Assembly: GCA_046484665.1 (NCBI GenBank)
Contig: JAWOIN010000069.1
Coordinates: forward strand, 7,114 to 71,113
Direction: 5' to 3'
From: Gemmatimonadota bacterium
Lineage (GTDB): Bacteria > Gemmatimonadota > Gemmatimonadetes > Palauibacterales > Palauibacteraceae
DNA: 64,000 bases
The notes below the pieces were generated by a model. The model ran no database searches, was not told the DNA's origin, and saw nothing but the letters and a program-made list of their open reading frames with translations. This document shows, one piece after another, positions 1 to 8,660 of the stretch (position 1 is the stretch's first letter; every line of letters begins with the position of its first letter). Made by a program: the position numbers and the translations under genes.

Positions 1-128
1 GCGTGTTCGAGGCCCTGCGCGGAGCGGAGGCTCAGGCCCCGTAGCCCCCGCGTGTCCCGCCCGGGCGTCGGGCGCCCTGGAACCCGGACGCACCGGGAGC
101 GCGGAGGCGGCTCCCGAGGGAACGGCAA

Positions 129-926
129 CTACCCGACGAGGGCGCTCCGGAGGGCGCCGACGTGAGCGACGAAGTCCCGTTCGACGTCGCCGCCCGAGTC
201 CACCAGCGCGTCGACGTCCAGCAGCCAGCGGGCTCCTTCGGCGGCGGAGTCGCCGGAGCCGTCCGGACCGGCTCCGACAGGTTCGGAGACGAAGCTGGAT
301 CCGCCCGCGAGCAGCGCCTCCTCCAGCACGCCGTGGTACTCGTCCGCGGCGAGCATGAACGGGAGGGCGCCCTGCGAGGCGACGTACTCGGCGACGGATC
401 CGTCCGTATCCCGCTCCCCGATCGATCCATCCGCCGCCGGAAGCTCCACCCAGCGCTCTCGCCCCCCGCGCACGATCCGACCGAGCGGATACAGGCGGCA
501 GACGAGCGGCCGATCCGCGTGCACCGTGCAGCCCGAATCGCCAAGGAATACGCACGTCCCGACGGCCGAGCGCCGGAGCGCCACGCGGTCCGCATCGACG
601 AAGCGGTCGATGAAGTCCCCGGTGGAGAGGCCGAGGCCGCGCGCCAGCCGGAGGACCTCGTACGGGTTCACCTGGATCACCCGGTCCCGGCAGCAGCGGT
701 TGCAGCGGCCGCATCGGTAGGAGAACGCCGCCCCGGCGGTGCCTGCGTCCGGGAGACCCTCGCCGGCGAGAGGCAGAGTTTGCGGGCCGCCGGGCTCGCG
801 GTCGGCCCGCCGCGCGGTCAGCGGACTCCTCCGTCCAGGGGCGTGAACTCGATCTTCATCTGCCGGCTCTCCGTGAACCCCAGCGTGGAGAGCGGCAACC
901 GCTCGTCTGCGGCCAGGTCGTGCCAC
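129..926 (-). CDS. YkgJ-family cysteine-cluster protein (CxxCxxCC motif); start codon uncertain
   Basis: ORF track; motif CGRCNRCC followed by GTCVFLGDSGC...CRLYPLG typical of UPF0153/YkgJ zinc/iron-chelating domain. Confidence 0.5.
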   Translation of the reverse strand: MARPGRRRAVAALHAGVHGEPADEDRVHAPGRRSPLTARRADREPGGPQTLPLAGEGLPDAGTAGAAFSYRCGRCNRCCRDRVIQVNPYEVLRLARGLGLSTGDFIDRFVDADRVALRRSAVGTCVFLGDSGCTVHADRPLVCRLYPLGRIVRGGRERWVELPAADGSIGERDTDGSVAEYVASQGALPFMLAADEYHGVLEEALLAGGSSFVSEPVGAGPDGSGDSAAEGARWLLDVDALVDSGGDVERDFVAHVGALRSALVG

Positions 927-1411
927 TTCAGCTGCACGGATGTCGGCCTCCCTCCGAGATACCGGGTCGCCGCATCGCCGACCTCGATCGTCTCGAGGTG
1001 CCGGTCTCCCGCCCAGAACTTGAGCTGGAACCGGGAGGCCCCCGCAGTCGGCCGGGCCAGCGCCGCGGCGGGCACCCCCAGCGAAAGGGCGAGCGCGGCG
1101 ACGGCCCCGCGGCGAAGTCCCTCCCTGCGGTCGATCGATTCCGCCATTCTTCCCTCCCGCGTGTTCACTCCGCGTCCGCCCGGTCCGGCGGGCGGGTCCA
1201 GACGGTAGAGCGCATTCGCACCTCGACTCCCGCCACGCCCGGACCCGGCCCGGAGCGCCACCGGTCGCGCCGGCCGCGCGAGCGCGGAGCGCGCGGCGTC
1301 GCCGTCACCGCTTCCCGACTTCACGGCCGAACCCACCCGGGTTACCGTGGACGGGAGGCCGAGGGCCCCTTAAGGGTCGATCTCCAGAAGAACCCGAACC
1401 GGAGTGCCGTG

Positions 1412-3076
1412 ATGAGCATCCGCATCGCCGCCGGCGTCATCGCCGGCATCGTTCTCGCATTCCCCCTCGCCTGCGCCCCCGTCGACGACGCGGGCCCCGG
1501 GTCCCGCGCCGACGCGGGCGGGGCGGGCGCGGCGGGCTACGGCGAGCGCGTGGGCGCCGTGGACCTGCCCGCCGGTTGCGCCGACGAGGCCGTGCCGCAC
1601 CTCGAGCGCGGGCTCGCGCTCCTCCACAGCATGACCTACGAGGGGGCCCGCGAGGCGTTCGCCGCCGGCGCCGAGGCCGACCCCGGCTGCGCCCTCGCGC
1701 CCTGGGGCGAGGCGATGAGCTGGATCCACCCCCTGTGGAACGATCCCCCCTCCGCGGAGGCGTTCGCGGCCGGGGCCGCCGCTGTCGAGCGGGCACGCGC
1801 GGCGCGGGCCGGGAGCGCACGGACGGAAGCCTGGATCGACGCCGTCGCCGGCTACTACGAGCCGGACCGCGGCGAGACCGAGCGCCCGAACCTCGCCGCC
1901 TTCGCCGCCGGCTGGAAATCGGCGCACGAGCGGTTCCCCGACGACCCCGAGGCCGCCCTGTTCCGCTCGCTCACCGGTCTCGCCCTCGCCGACCCGTCCG
2001 ACAAGAGCTACGGGGTGCAACTCGCGTCCGGGGCCGTGGCCGAGAGCGTGCTCGCCGCGCACCCCGACCACCCCGGCGCCCACCACTACGTGATCCACTC
2101 CTACGACTACCCGCCGCTGGCCGACCGTGCGGAGGCGGCGGCGCGCGGCTACGCCGACCTGGCGCCGAAGGTGCCCCACGCCCTCCACATGCCCAGCCAC
2201 ATCTTCACCCGGCTCGGCCTTTGGGAGGAGTCGATCGAGTGGAACACGCGCTCTGCGGACGCCGCGAAGGAGCACCCGGTGGAGGGCGCCGTCGCGATGC
2301 ACTACCTGCACGCGCTCGACTACCTGGCCTACGGCCACCTGCAGCGGGCGGAGGACGCGGAGGCCGAGGAAGTCGCGGCGACGATGGCGGAACTCGAGGG
2401 ACCGTTCCAGGTCACCCTCGCCGGCGCCTACGCCCTCGCCGCCGTTCCCGCACGGCTCGCGCTCGAGCGCGAGGTCTGGGATACCGCCGCGGGGCTCGAC
2501 CCGCGCGCCGCCGACTTCCCGTGGGAACGCTTCCCCGCGATGGAAGCGATCGGCTGGTTCGCGAAGGGGATCGGGGCCGCGCGGAGCGGGGACGCCGCCG
2601 GGGGAAACGCCGCCGCGGTCCGGCTCGCCGACCTGCGCGACGCGATCCCGTCCGGCTCCGCCTATTGGGCGACCCAGGTCGAGATCCAGCGACTCGCCGT
2701 GCTCGCCTGGACCCGGCTCGCGGAGGGCGACCGCGACGCCGCGCTCGCGACGATGCGCGAGTCCGCCGACCTCGAGGCCACGACGGAGAAGCACCCGGTC
2801 ACTCCCGGCGAGATCCTCCCGGCGCGCGAGCTGCTGGGCGACATGCTGCGCGAGGCGGGACGTCCCGCGGAGGCGATCGCCGCGTACGAGGCGGCGCTCG
2901 AGCGGAGCCCGAACCGCTTCCGCAGCCTGTACGGAGCAGGCCGCGCCGCGGAGGAGGTCGGAGACCGAGAGGCGGCGGCGGAGTGGTTCGGAAAGCTGCT
3001 CGAGGTCGTGGCCCCGGGCGCCGACGGCCGGCCGGAGATCGCGCACGCGCGGGAGGTGGTCGGGGCGCGCGCCTGA
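1412..3076 (+). CDS. secreted TPR-like repeat protein (signal peptide MSIRIAAGVIAGIVLAFPLACA)
   Basis: In-frame ATG at 1412 inside ORF 920..3076; N-terminal signal peptide; Ala/Leu-rich helical repeats; high GC3 codon bias. Confidence 0.45.
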   Translation: MSIRIAAGVIAGIVLAFPLACAPVDDAGPGSRADAGGAGAAGYGERVGAVDLPAGCADEAVPHLERGLALLHSMTYEGAREAFAAGAEADPGCALAPWGEAMSWIHPLWNDPPSAEAFAAGAAAVERARAARAGSARTEAWIDAVAGYYEPDRGETERPNLAAFAAGWKSAHERFPDDPEAALFRSLTGLALADPSDKSYGVQLASGAVAESVLAAHPDHPGAHHYVIHSYDYPPLADRAEAAARGYADLAPKVPHALHMPSHIFTRLGLWEESIEWNTRSADAAKEHPVEGAVAMHYLHALDYLAYGHLQRAEDAEAEEVAATMAELEGPFQVTLAGAYALAAVPARLALEREVWDTAAGLDPRAADFPWERFPAMEAIGWFAKGIGAARSGDAAGGNAAAVRLADLRDAIPSGSAYWATQVEIQRLAVLAWTRLAEGDRDAALATMRESADLEATTEKHPVTPGEILPARELLGDMLREAGRPAEAIAAYEAALERSPNRFRSLYGAGRAAEEVGDREAAAEWFGKLLEVVAPGADGRPEIAHAREVVGARA

Positions 3077-3150
3077 GCCCGGGTCCGGCCCGGGCCGGCC
3101 CGGTCCCGGCGCGTTGACCTCGCGATGACGGCCGCGCCCCGCGACGGGGC

Positions 3151-4151
3151 GTGGTTGACCCGAACTCGTTCCGCCGTTCCGCCGCCCCGCGCGACGAAAC
3201 CCGCGCACTCGACGCGATGCGGAGGGAGATCCGCGCCCGGCAGATGAGCCTGCTGACCGAGGAGGCCTACGTCTCCTGGGCGCGGCGCTACCTCCGCTTT
3301 CACGACGGCCGCGATCCGCGCGAACTCGGCGGCGAGGGAATCGCCGCCTTCCTCACCCACCTCGCCGTTCGCCGAAACGTCGCGCCGTCCACCCAGAGCC
3401 ATGCCTCGAGCGCCCTGCTCTTCCTGTATCGCGAGGTGCTCGGGACCGAGGTGAACCCACCGAAGGGCGTGGTGCGCCCGATGGCGCCGCGCCGGCTTCC
3501 CGTCGTGCTCACCCCCTCGGAGGTCCGGGCCGTGCTCGGTCAGATCCGGGGGGCGCACCGGCTCGCCGCGACCCTCCTGCACGGGAGCGGGCTCCGCCTG
3601 CTCGAGTGTCTCCGGCTGCGCGTCAAGGACGTCGACTTCGAGCGCCGCGAGATCCTCGTGCGGGCCGGCAAAGGCGACCGGGACCGCGTCACCATGCTGC
3701 CCGACAGCGCCCGTACCGCGCTGGGTCGGCACCTGCGCCGCGTGCAAGAGCAGCACGAGCGCGATCTCGCCGCCGGCGCCGGATGGGTAGTCCTGCCCCG
3801 CGCGCTCACGCTCAAGTACCCGAACGCCGGCCGCGAGTGGGCCTGGCAGTGGGTGTTTCCCGCCACACGGATCCACGCGGGGTCGGCTACCGGGCGGCGC
3901 TTCCGATACCACCTCCACGAGTCCGCCGTCCAGCGCGCCGTCAAGGAGGCCGTGCAGCGGAGCGCGTCCCGAAGAGGGCCACATGCCACACCTTCCGGCA
4001 CTCCTTCGCCACCCACCTGCTCGAGAGCGGCTACGACATCCGGACCGTCCAGGAGCTGCTCCGGCACCGTAGCGTCCGCACCACGATGGTCTACACCCAC
4101 GTCCTGAACCGCGGCGGCCTCGGTGTCCGCAGTCCCGCCGACGCGTTCTGA
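3151..4151 (+). pseudogene. intI: integron integrase IntI (tyrosine recombinase), interrupted by apparent 1-nt frameshift near 3961-3970
   Basis: Frame 1 ORF 3151..4107 carries [32 protein letters not shown] and the IntI-specific insert [21 protein letters not shown]; frame 0 ORF 3606..4151 carries [36 protein letters not shown]. The junction reads ..AVQRSASRR in one frame and ..[15 protein letters not shown] in the other. Confidence 0.85.
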
Positions 4152-4390
4152 CCGTCGGGCGGGAAGCCGATCCCCGCCCGCCCCCTCTCCCGCGTCCAGC
4201 CTCCTGCGACTTCTCATGCCCCTGCGGCGTCCCGAAGTGGCGCCCTGCGCGAACCGCGCCTAGATTTTTCCACGCGCCCCACATCACCGAATTGCGTGCG
4301 GTTCGGCACATCGCCCGCACCGCTCGCAAGTCAACATCCCGGCCCGGGCTCCGTGCATCAGCCGCGTACCGTGCGGGAGGGGGCTGGGGT

Positions 4391-4416
4391 GTTGGGATGT
4401 CTGCTAGGAGTTAGAT
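4391..4416 (+). other. candidate attI / first cassette junction (GTTAGAT at 4410-4416, GTTGGGA at 4391-4397) in lower-GC spacer downstream of intI
   Basis: GTTRRRY-type box in the only lower-GC stretch between intI stop and first cassette ORF; position inferred, not proven. Confidence 0.3.
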
Positions 4417-4444
4417 GGCTATCAAACTCTGGGGCTAGACGGGA

Positions 4445-4822
4445 ATGAAGCGGAATATGGACTTGATCAGAGAGCTGCTTCTCTACTTCGAGGAGAAACC
4501 AGACGCCGCAGCCGTTGAGCCCTCTGAAATCTCGATTCCTGGTCCCGATTCCGACGATATCGCCTATCACATAGTCCTCTTGTCGGAAGCCGGCCTCCTC
4601 AGTCATGAGCGAGTCGAAAGCACGACGACGCCGAGCCGTCTCATCAAGTCGATACCATTCCGGCTTACTTGGGAAGGGCACGAGTTCCTCGATTCCGCTC
4701 GAAACCAGTCCACCTGGGAGCGTGCGAAGACCACCCTTGCCGCCAAGGGACTTGCCACTAGCTACGAACTCCTTAAGGCCCTCCTACTCAGCTACGGCAA
4801 ACAGCAGCTCGGTCTCAGCTAG
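4445..4822 (+). CDS. DUF2513-like hypothetical protein (cassette 1)
   Basis: ORF track; N-terminal MDLIRELLLYFEE pattern recalled from DUF2513 family; followed directly by attC. Confidence 0.5.
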   Translation: MKRNMDLIRELLLYFEEKPDAAAVEPSEISIPGPDSDDIAYHIVLLSEAGLLSHERVESTTTPSRLIKSIPFRLTWEGHEFLDSARNQSTWERAKTTLAAKGLATSYELLKALLLSYGKQQLGLS

Positions 4823-4833
4823 TGCGACACGCC

Positions 4834-4919
4834 ATCTAACACACGCCTGGAGCTGACGCGGAGGTGACTGTGGGCGGACGAATGATCGTGTCGCGCAGCT
4901 CAGGCGCTCACCGTCAGGT
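4834..4919 (+). repeat. attC site 1 (R'' ATCTAAC 4834-4840 ... R' GTCAGGT 4913-4919)
   Basis: Shares inner core GCCTGGAGCTGACGCG ... CGCGCAGCTCAGGCG with other attCs; imperfect inverted repeat with bulged bases. Confidence 0.7.
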
Positions 4920-4936
4920 CTGCGGGTAGGGGAGGA

Positions 4937-5260
4937 CTACTTGGCCGGGACCTCGCGGGACCGTTTGCGACGAGGCCGTACGACGTCGAGCACCGCATCC
5001 GGGTGTCGCGCTGCTACCCGCAGCAGCACGCGCGCCGGCCCCCGGGGGGTGCGCCGGCCCTGCTCCCAGTTCTGGAGCGTGCGTACGCTGATTCCGAGCA
5101 ACGAGGCGAACTTCTCTTGCGACAGCCCGTACGCCTCCCGAATCGCGGTCACGTCCTTCTCCGGAAGCTCGAAGGTCCGGACTGCCGCCTCCTTCTCTTT
5201 CAGGATCCGGCCGCCCTGGAGCACACTGGCCTCGAGCTCCGCGAACAGGTCCTTCTTCAC
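4937..5260 (-). CDS. higA: HigA-2-like antitoxin, XRE-family HTH (GTG start)
   Basis: ..AIREAYGLSQEKFASLLGISVRTLQNWEQGRRTPRGPARVLL.. HTH; starts 1 nt after overlapping toxin stop; real start GTG at 5260, not the 230-aa track ORF. Confidence 0.8.
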   Translation of the reverse strand: MKKDLFAELEASVLQGGRILKEKEAAVRTFELPEKDVTAIREAYGLSQEKFASLLGISVRTLQNWEQGRRTPRGPARVLLRVAARHPDAVLDVVRPRRKRSREVPAK

Positions 5261-5574
5261 CTGTATTCCTCCTCGACGATCCGGTGCAGGACCTTCTTCT
5301 GCTCCGGGCTCAGATCGCTGCGCTCGTTCTTGACGAAGACCATGAGCATGAGGATCGTCTCGTGAGACCCGGCCCAGTAGTAAATGACGCGTACGCCGCC
5401 GCGCTTGCCCCTGCCCGGGGTACGCCAGCGGATCTTCCGCAGGCCGCCCGCACCCGGAATCAGGCTTCCGGCCTCCGGGTCGGCGGCGAGACGTAGTTGC
5501 AGAAGCCGGTAGCTCTCCGGGTCCAGCAGCTCCTGGACGCGTCGGGAGAAGACCTCCGTCTCCTGAATCAGCAC
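5257..5574 (-). CDS. higB: HigB-2-like toxin (RelE/ParE superfamily, Gp49-like)
   Basis: GAGGLRKIRWRTPGRGKRGGVRVIYYW...ILMLMVFVKNERSDLSPEQKKVL matches HigB-2 signature GTGGLRKIR..GKGKRGG.R.IYY; toxin-first operon order. Confidence 0.85.
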   Translation of the reverse strand: MLIQETEVFSRRVQELLDPESYRLLQLRLAADPEAGSLIPGAGGLRKIRWRTPGRGKRGGVRVIYYWAGSHETILMLMVFVKNERSDLSPEQKKVLHRIVEEEYR

Positions 5575-5582
5575 CCGATAGC

Positions 5583-5599
5583 ATACGCCATTGGCGTAT
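5583..5599. promoter_or_regulatory. perfect 8-1-8 palindrome ATACGCCA-T-TGGCGTAT immediately upstream of higB start; candidate operator
   Basis: Seen directly in sequence; located 9 nt upstream of the GTG start of higB on the minus strand. Confidence 0.4.
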
Positions 5600-5620
5600 T
5601 CCCGACAAGGAGTGTTCGAG

Positions 5621-5709
5621 ACCTAACACTCGCCTGGAGCTGACGCGATGGGTTCAACGTGCAGACAACAGACAATCCAGGCGCGCAGCTCAGGCGTTCA
5701 CCGTTAGGC
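5621..5709 (+). repeat. attC site 2 (R'' ACCTAAC ... inner repeats GCCTGGAGCTGACGCG / CGCGCAGCTCAGGC ... R' GTTAGGC 5703-5709)
   Basis: R''/R' complementary 6/7; inner repeats complementary with two unpaired bases (extrahelical-base pattern). Confidence 0.8.
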
Positions 5710-5739
5710 GGCAACGTGGACGACACACGTGGAGACGCG

Positions 5740-6141
5740 ATGAGAATAGCCCTGGCACTCTTGGCTACGCTGTTGATCATGTACGTGGTCACCTTCGTGA
5801 TCTACGGCGTCGTAGCCGCCGTAACAGGTCTGGAACCGCCGCAGGATGGCTCGCCAGCGCGGTTCCTTCTCGGTGTCCTGATTACCAAGCTCGGCCTGGC
5901 CCTGGGGTTCGTGTTGTTGTTCGCCCTGGCGCGTGAAGTGTGGCAAGCCCGCTGGCCGGTCTATGCTCTCATCTGGTGGGTTCTCTTCGCTGTTTCGGAA
6001 ATCGGGCAGGCCGTCGCGCCGGGGTACTCGTGGCTTGAGGCCGCGGGCGGGATCATGGCCGAGGCGGTCTACTGCCCCCTTTCCGCGTGGGCGACGGCGC
6101 GCCTGCTGGGTGGCCGCGGCGCGGGACGGGTTGCCGCCTAA
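5740..6141 (+). CDS. small polytopic membrane protein, unknown function (cassette 3)
   Basis: ATG 5740 in frame of ORF 5659..6141; three hydrophobic helices; TAA stop lies inside R'' GCCTAAC of next attC. Confidence 0.5.
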   Translation: MRIALALLATLLIMYVVTFVIYGVVAAVTGLEPPQDGSPARFLLGVLITKLGLALGFVLLFALAREVWQARWPVYALIWWVLFAVSEIGQAVAPGYSWLEAAGGIMAEAVYCPLSAWATARLLGGRGAGRVAA

Positions 6142-6249
6142 CTAGCGCATGCAGCCGACATCCGGCTCAGTCACTCGCGCTGCATTCGGCCTGACGGCCG
6201 GCAGCGCTCGCGCCATCGCCGGCTGCGGCTGATGCGCGATTCGTTAGGC
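6136..6249 (+). repeat. attC site 3, different sequence family (R'' GCCTAAC 6136-6142 ... R' GTTAGGC 6243-6249)
   Basis: Perfectly complementary R''/R'; inner repeats GCGCATGCAGCCG / CGGCTGATGCGC complementary with one bulged base. Confidence 0.75.
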
Positions 6250-6306
6250 GGGCCGCGGTGATACTCCGTATACTCTAGGGAGGCATCCATTCATCGGAGA
6301 AACCGC

Positions 6307-6522
6307 GTGAAGAACGAGTTTACGGCGATCATTGAGCAGGACGGAGACTGGTACATCGCCTACTGCCCCGGGATCCCGGGCGCGAATGGGCAGGGACATA
6401 CACGAGATGAGGCGAGGCGAGTCTCGCCGAAGCTATTGCGCTCATTCTCGATGATCGCCGGGAAGACGGCCTGCGAGGGCTTCCTGCGGACGCCGAGCAG
6501 GATACCGTCACGGTCGATTGAA
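6307..6522 (+). pseudogene. hicB: HicB-family antitoxin, frameshifted near 6412-6425
   Basis: MKNEFTAIIEQDGDWYIAYCPGIPGANGQGHTRDEARR in one frame; ESLAEAIALILDDRREDGLRGLPADAEQDTVTVD in another frame ending TGA ~6520-6522. Confidence 0.7.
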
Positions 6523-6709
6523 GCGTAGCGCGCTTCTTCGTCACCGGCGCCGCCATGGCTGCTATCTCAAGCGGGAAGGTAGCTCTCACTCCCTTCGGAT
6601 CAATCCTCAGACGGGCGAAGTGCAGGCGATTCCCAGGCGCGCTGAGATTCCCGATCGCTTGGCACACCGAATCTGCTGCGGCCTCTCAGTACCAGAGCTC
6701 GGCAGGTGA
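6518..6709 (+). CDS. hicA: HicA-family toxin (YcfA-like), TTG start
   Basis: MKRSALLRHRRRHGCYLKREGSSHSLRINPQTGEVQAIPRRAEIPDRLAHRICCGL matches HicA HGC.L.REG.HS..NP.TG...PRH.EIP..LA..IC pattern. Confidence 0.75.
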   Translation: MKRSALLRHRRRHGCYLKREGSSHSLRINPQTGEVQAIPRRAEIPDRLAHRICCGLSVPELGR

Positions 6710-6718
6710 CTCGCAACC

Positions 6719-6807
6719 GCCTGACACGCGCCTGGAGCTGACGCGATGGGTTCAAAGTGCACACGCCAGCCAATCTGGGTGCGCAGCCCAGGCACTGACC
6801 GTTGGGC
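6719..6807 (+). repeat. attC site 4 (R'' variant GCCTGAC ... R' GTTGGGC 6801-6807)
   Basis: Same inner core as attC 1/2; begins 10 nt after hicA stop. Confidence 0.7.
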
Positions 6808-6822
6808 GGACGAAGCTCTGAA

Positions 6823-7569
6823 ATGACCATTCTCCTCCTGTTCACCTTGTATGCGATCGCCCTGTCAGCCGCGCTGGCACTGACAGGACACCGATCGCAG
6901 ACCTCTCCCTCGGGGGCGGCACCTCGCCACCCTCCCAGGCGGCTGCTGGTTGTGGGAGCGACCGGCGGTACTGGTCGTCAGCTTCTCGTGCAAGCGCTGG
7001 AGCGAGGTTACGAGGTCACGGCATTCGTCCGAGATCCTTCACGGCTTTCGATCGCTCATCGTCGACTGACCGTCGTGCGGGGTGATGTGCTCGACTTCGA
7101 TTCCGTAGACACTGCGATGCGCGGACAAGATGCGGTGCTGTCGGCTCTTGGCCACAAGCGGTTCTTCTACCCGACTCGCATCCTCTCGGAGGGCACTCGC
7201 AATATCCTGCGGGCCATGGAGAGCAAAGGCGTCCGGCACCTGGTGTGCGAGACCGCTATGGGAATCGGAGACAGTGCCGGGCGAATGGGCCTGTACTACA
7301 CGCTCTTCGTCATTCCGGTGATTCTGCCGTTCTACTTCTGGGACAAGACCCGGCAGGAACGGGTGATCGCGGGGAGTAATCTGGAATGGGTGATCGTGCG
7401 ACCCGGGATGCTGACCAACGGCGCCAGGCGGAGTTCGTATCGTCATGGTCGTCGCATCGGCAGCTTCCTCCGGACCGTGCGGATCTCCCGTGCCGACGTG
7501 GCGGACTTCATGCTCAACCAGCTGGAGTCCGACACGTACGCCCGTACTGCAGTGGGCGTGTGTTGGTAG
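6823..7569 (+). CDS. NAD(P)H-binding NmrA/SDR-like protein
   Basis: LLVVGATGGTGRQLLVQALERGYEVTAFVRDPSRL Rossmann GxxGxxG motif; ATG 6823 in frame of ORF 6802..7569. Confidence 0.7.
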   Translation: MTILLLFTLYAIALSAALALTGHRSQTSPSGAAPRHPPRRLLVVGATGGTGRQLLVQALERGYEVTAFVRDPSRLSIAHRRLTVVRGDVLDFDSVDTAMRGQDAVLSALGHKRFFYPTRILSEGTRNILRAMESKGVRHLVCETAMGIGDSAGRMGLYYTLFVIPVILPFYFWDKTRQERVIAGSNLEWVIVRPGMLTNGARRSSYRHGRRIGSFLRTVRISRADVADFMLNQLESDTYARTAVGVCW

Positions 7570-7677
7570 AGCAGCCGGTATCTCGCCGCCGCCCGACAAG
7601 CCGCCGCAGCCGCCGAGCGGCGCGGCTTCGCCCGGCTGATTCCAGATGACCGTGAGCGCCGCTCGCGTCCGAGCGGC

Positions 7678-8223
7678 ATGGCGTCAGGCATCGCCGTTCA
7701 TCAGCGGAACTGGCGAAGAATGAGTCTGGAGGCCGACCAGCGCTCGTTGCTCTCCCGGTATCTGCAGGGGCCGGCGTTGCTCGAGCAGGCGGTTGCTGAC
7801 TTGAGCGACGCCGACCTCGATGCTCCTCCATCGGACGGCGGCTGGACCATTCGGCAGATCGTTCACCACGTCGTTGATGGGGATGATCTCTGGATGACGT
7901 GCATCAAGGCTGCACTCGGGAACGAGGAAGACGACTTCACTTTGGAGTGGTACTGGCAGCTACCGCAGGACACTTGGGCCGAGCGCTGGGGCTATGCACA
8001 CAGACCACTCGACGTTTCCCTGGCTCTGTTCGGGGCGATCCGAGCTCACATCGCCCAACTGGTGGAACGAGCACCTGACGGATGGAGTCGATCGATGCGT
8101 GTCCGGACGCCGCAAGGAACCGAGCGCGTGTCGGTCCGCGCTGTGCTCGAGATGCAGGCTGATCACGTATCGCATCACGTCGAGAGGATTGCCGCCATTC
8201 GCGCGGAGCGTGGTGACGCCTGA
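7678..8223 (+). CDS. DinB/YfiT-like (DinB_2) metal-dependent hydrolase-fold protein
   Basis: HHVVDGDDLW ... HxxxH-type motifs; TGA stop overlaps R'' of following attC. Confidence 0.65.
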   Translation: MASGIAVHQRNWRRMSLEADQRSLLSRYLQGPALLEQAVADLSDADLDAPPSDGGWTIRQIVHHVVDGDDLWMTCIKAALGNEEDDFTLEWYWQLPQDTWAERWGYAHRPLDVSLALFGAIRAHIAQLVERAPDGWSRSMRVRTPQGTERVSVRAVLEMQADHVSHHVERIAAIRAERGDA

Positions 8224-8306
8224 CACGCGCCTGGAGTTGACCCGGTAAACATCGCGGCGAGGAAGCGGAACATCTGGTCGCCCAGCTCAGGCGCTCGCCG
8301 TGGACG
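8218..8306 (+). repeat. attC site 5 (R'' GCCTGAC 8218-8224 ... degenerate R' GTGGACG 8300-8306)
   Basis: Core CGCCTGGAGTTGACCCGG ... CCCAGCTCAGGCGCTCGCCG related to other attCs. Confidence 0.6.
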
Positions 8307-8328
8307 TGCAGGCGGTCCCGTGTCTAGT

Positions 8329-8347
8329 GTATATTGGCGTCATATAC
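8329..8347. promoter_or_regulatory. AT-rich inverted repeat GTATAT-N7-ATATAC upstream of brnT; candidate promoter/operator
   Basis: Seen in sequence between attC 5 and brnT ATG (8355). Confidence 0.3.
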
Positions 8348-8354
8348 TCCTGCC

Positions 8355-8660
8355 ATGAACGGGTCCTCGGAGCAGCTGGAGGCGTGTACCGGCTTCGAAT
8401 GGGACGTCGGCAACGTCGACAGGAACCGGGAGAGTCACGGGGTCTCGAATGCCGAGTGCGAGCAGGTCTTCTTCCAGCGCCCGCTCCTCATCGCCCCTGA
8501 TCTCGAGCATTCCCACGAGGAGCCTCGCTTCGCTGCCCTCGGGCGCATGGCCGATGGCCGGCGACTCACGATCGTGTTCACGATCCGCGGCACGTTGATC
8601 CGCGTGATCTCGTCACGGCTGATGAGCCGCCGCGAGCGGAGGGTCTATGAGCAAGCGTAA
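8355..8660 (+). CDS. brnT: BrnT-family toxin (DUF497)
   Basis: FEWDVGNVDRNRESHGVSNAECEQVF...RLTIVFTIRGTLIRVISSR matches BrnT F.WD..N...HGI pattern; overlaps brnA start. Confidence 0.8.
   Translation: MNGSSEQLEACTGFEWDVGNVDRNRESHGVSNAECEQVFFQRPLLIAPDLEHSHEEPRFAALGRMADGRRLTIVFTIRGTLIRVISSRLMSRRERRVYEQA

Noticed and set aside
1370-3208. Very long ORFs antisense or out of frame to called genes (e.g. 1370..3208 -, 1576..3117 +, 15027..16238 -, 17522..18745 -, 22186..23550 -, 44015..45220 and 45085..47793 +)
   Set aside because: Arg/Pro/Gly-rich low-complexity translations typical of spurious ORFs in ~70% GC DNA. They overlap genes with clear motifs and proper GC3 bias.
4150-4440. Pc-like promoter (TTGCGT ... 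) between intI and the first cassette
   Set aside because: No convincing -35/-10 pair with proper spacing could be read by eye. Left uncalled.
4358-4681. 107-aa minus-strand ORF overlapping the DUF2513-like gene
   Set aside because: It is antisense to a gene with better start context and lies inside a cassette whose attC orientation matches the plus-strand gene.
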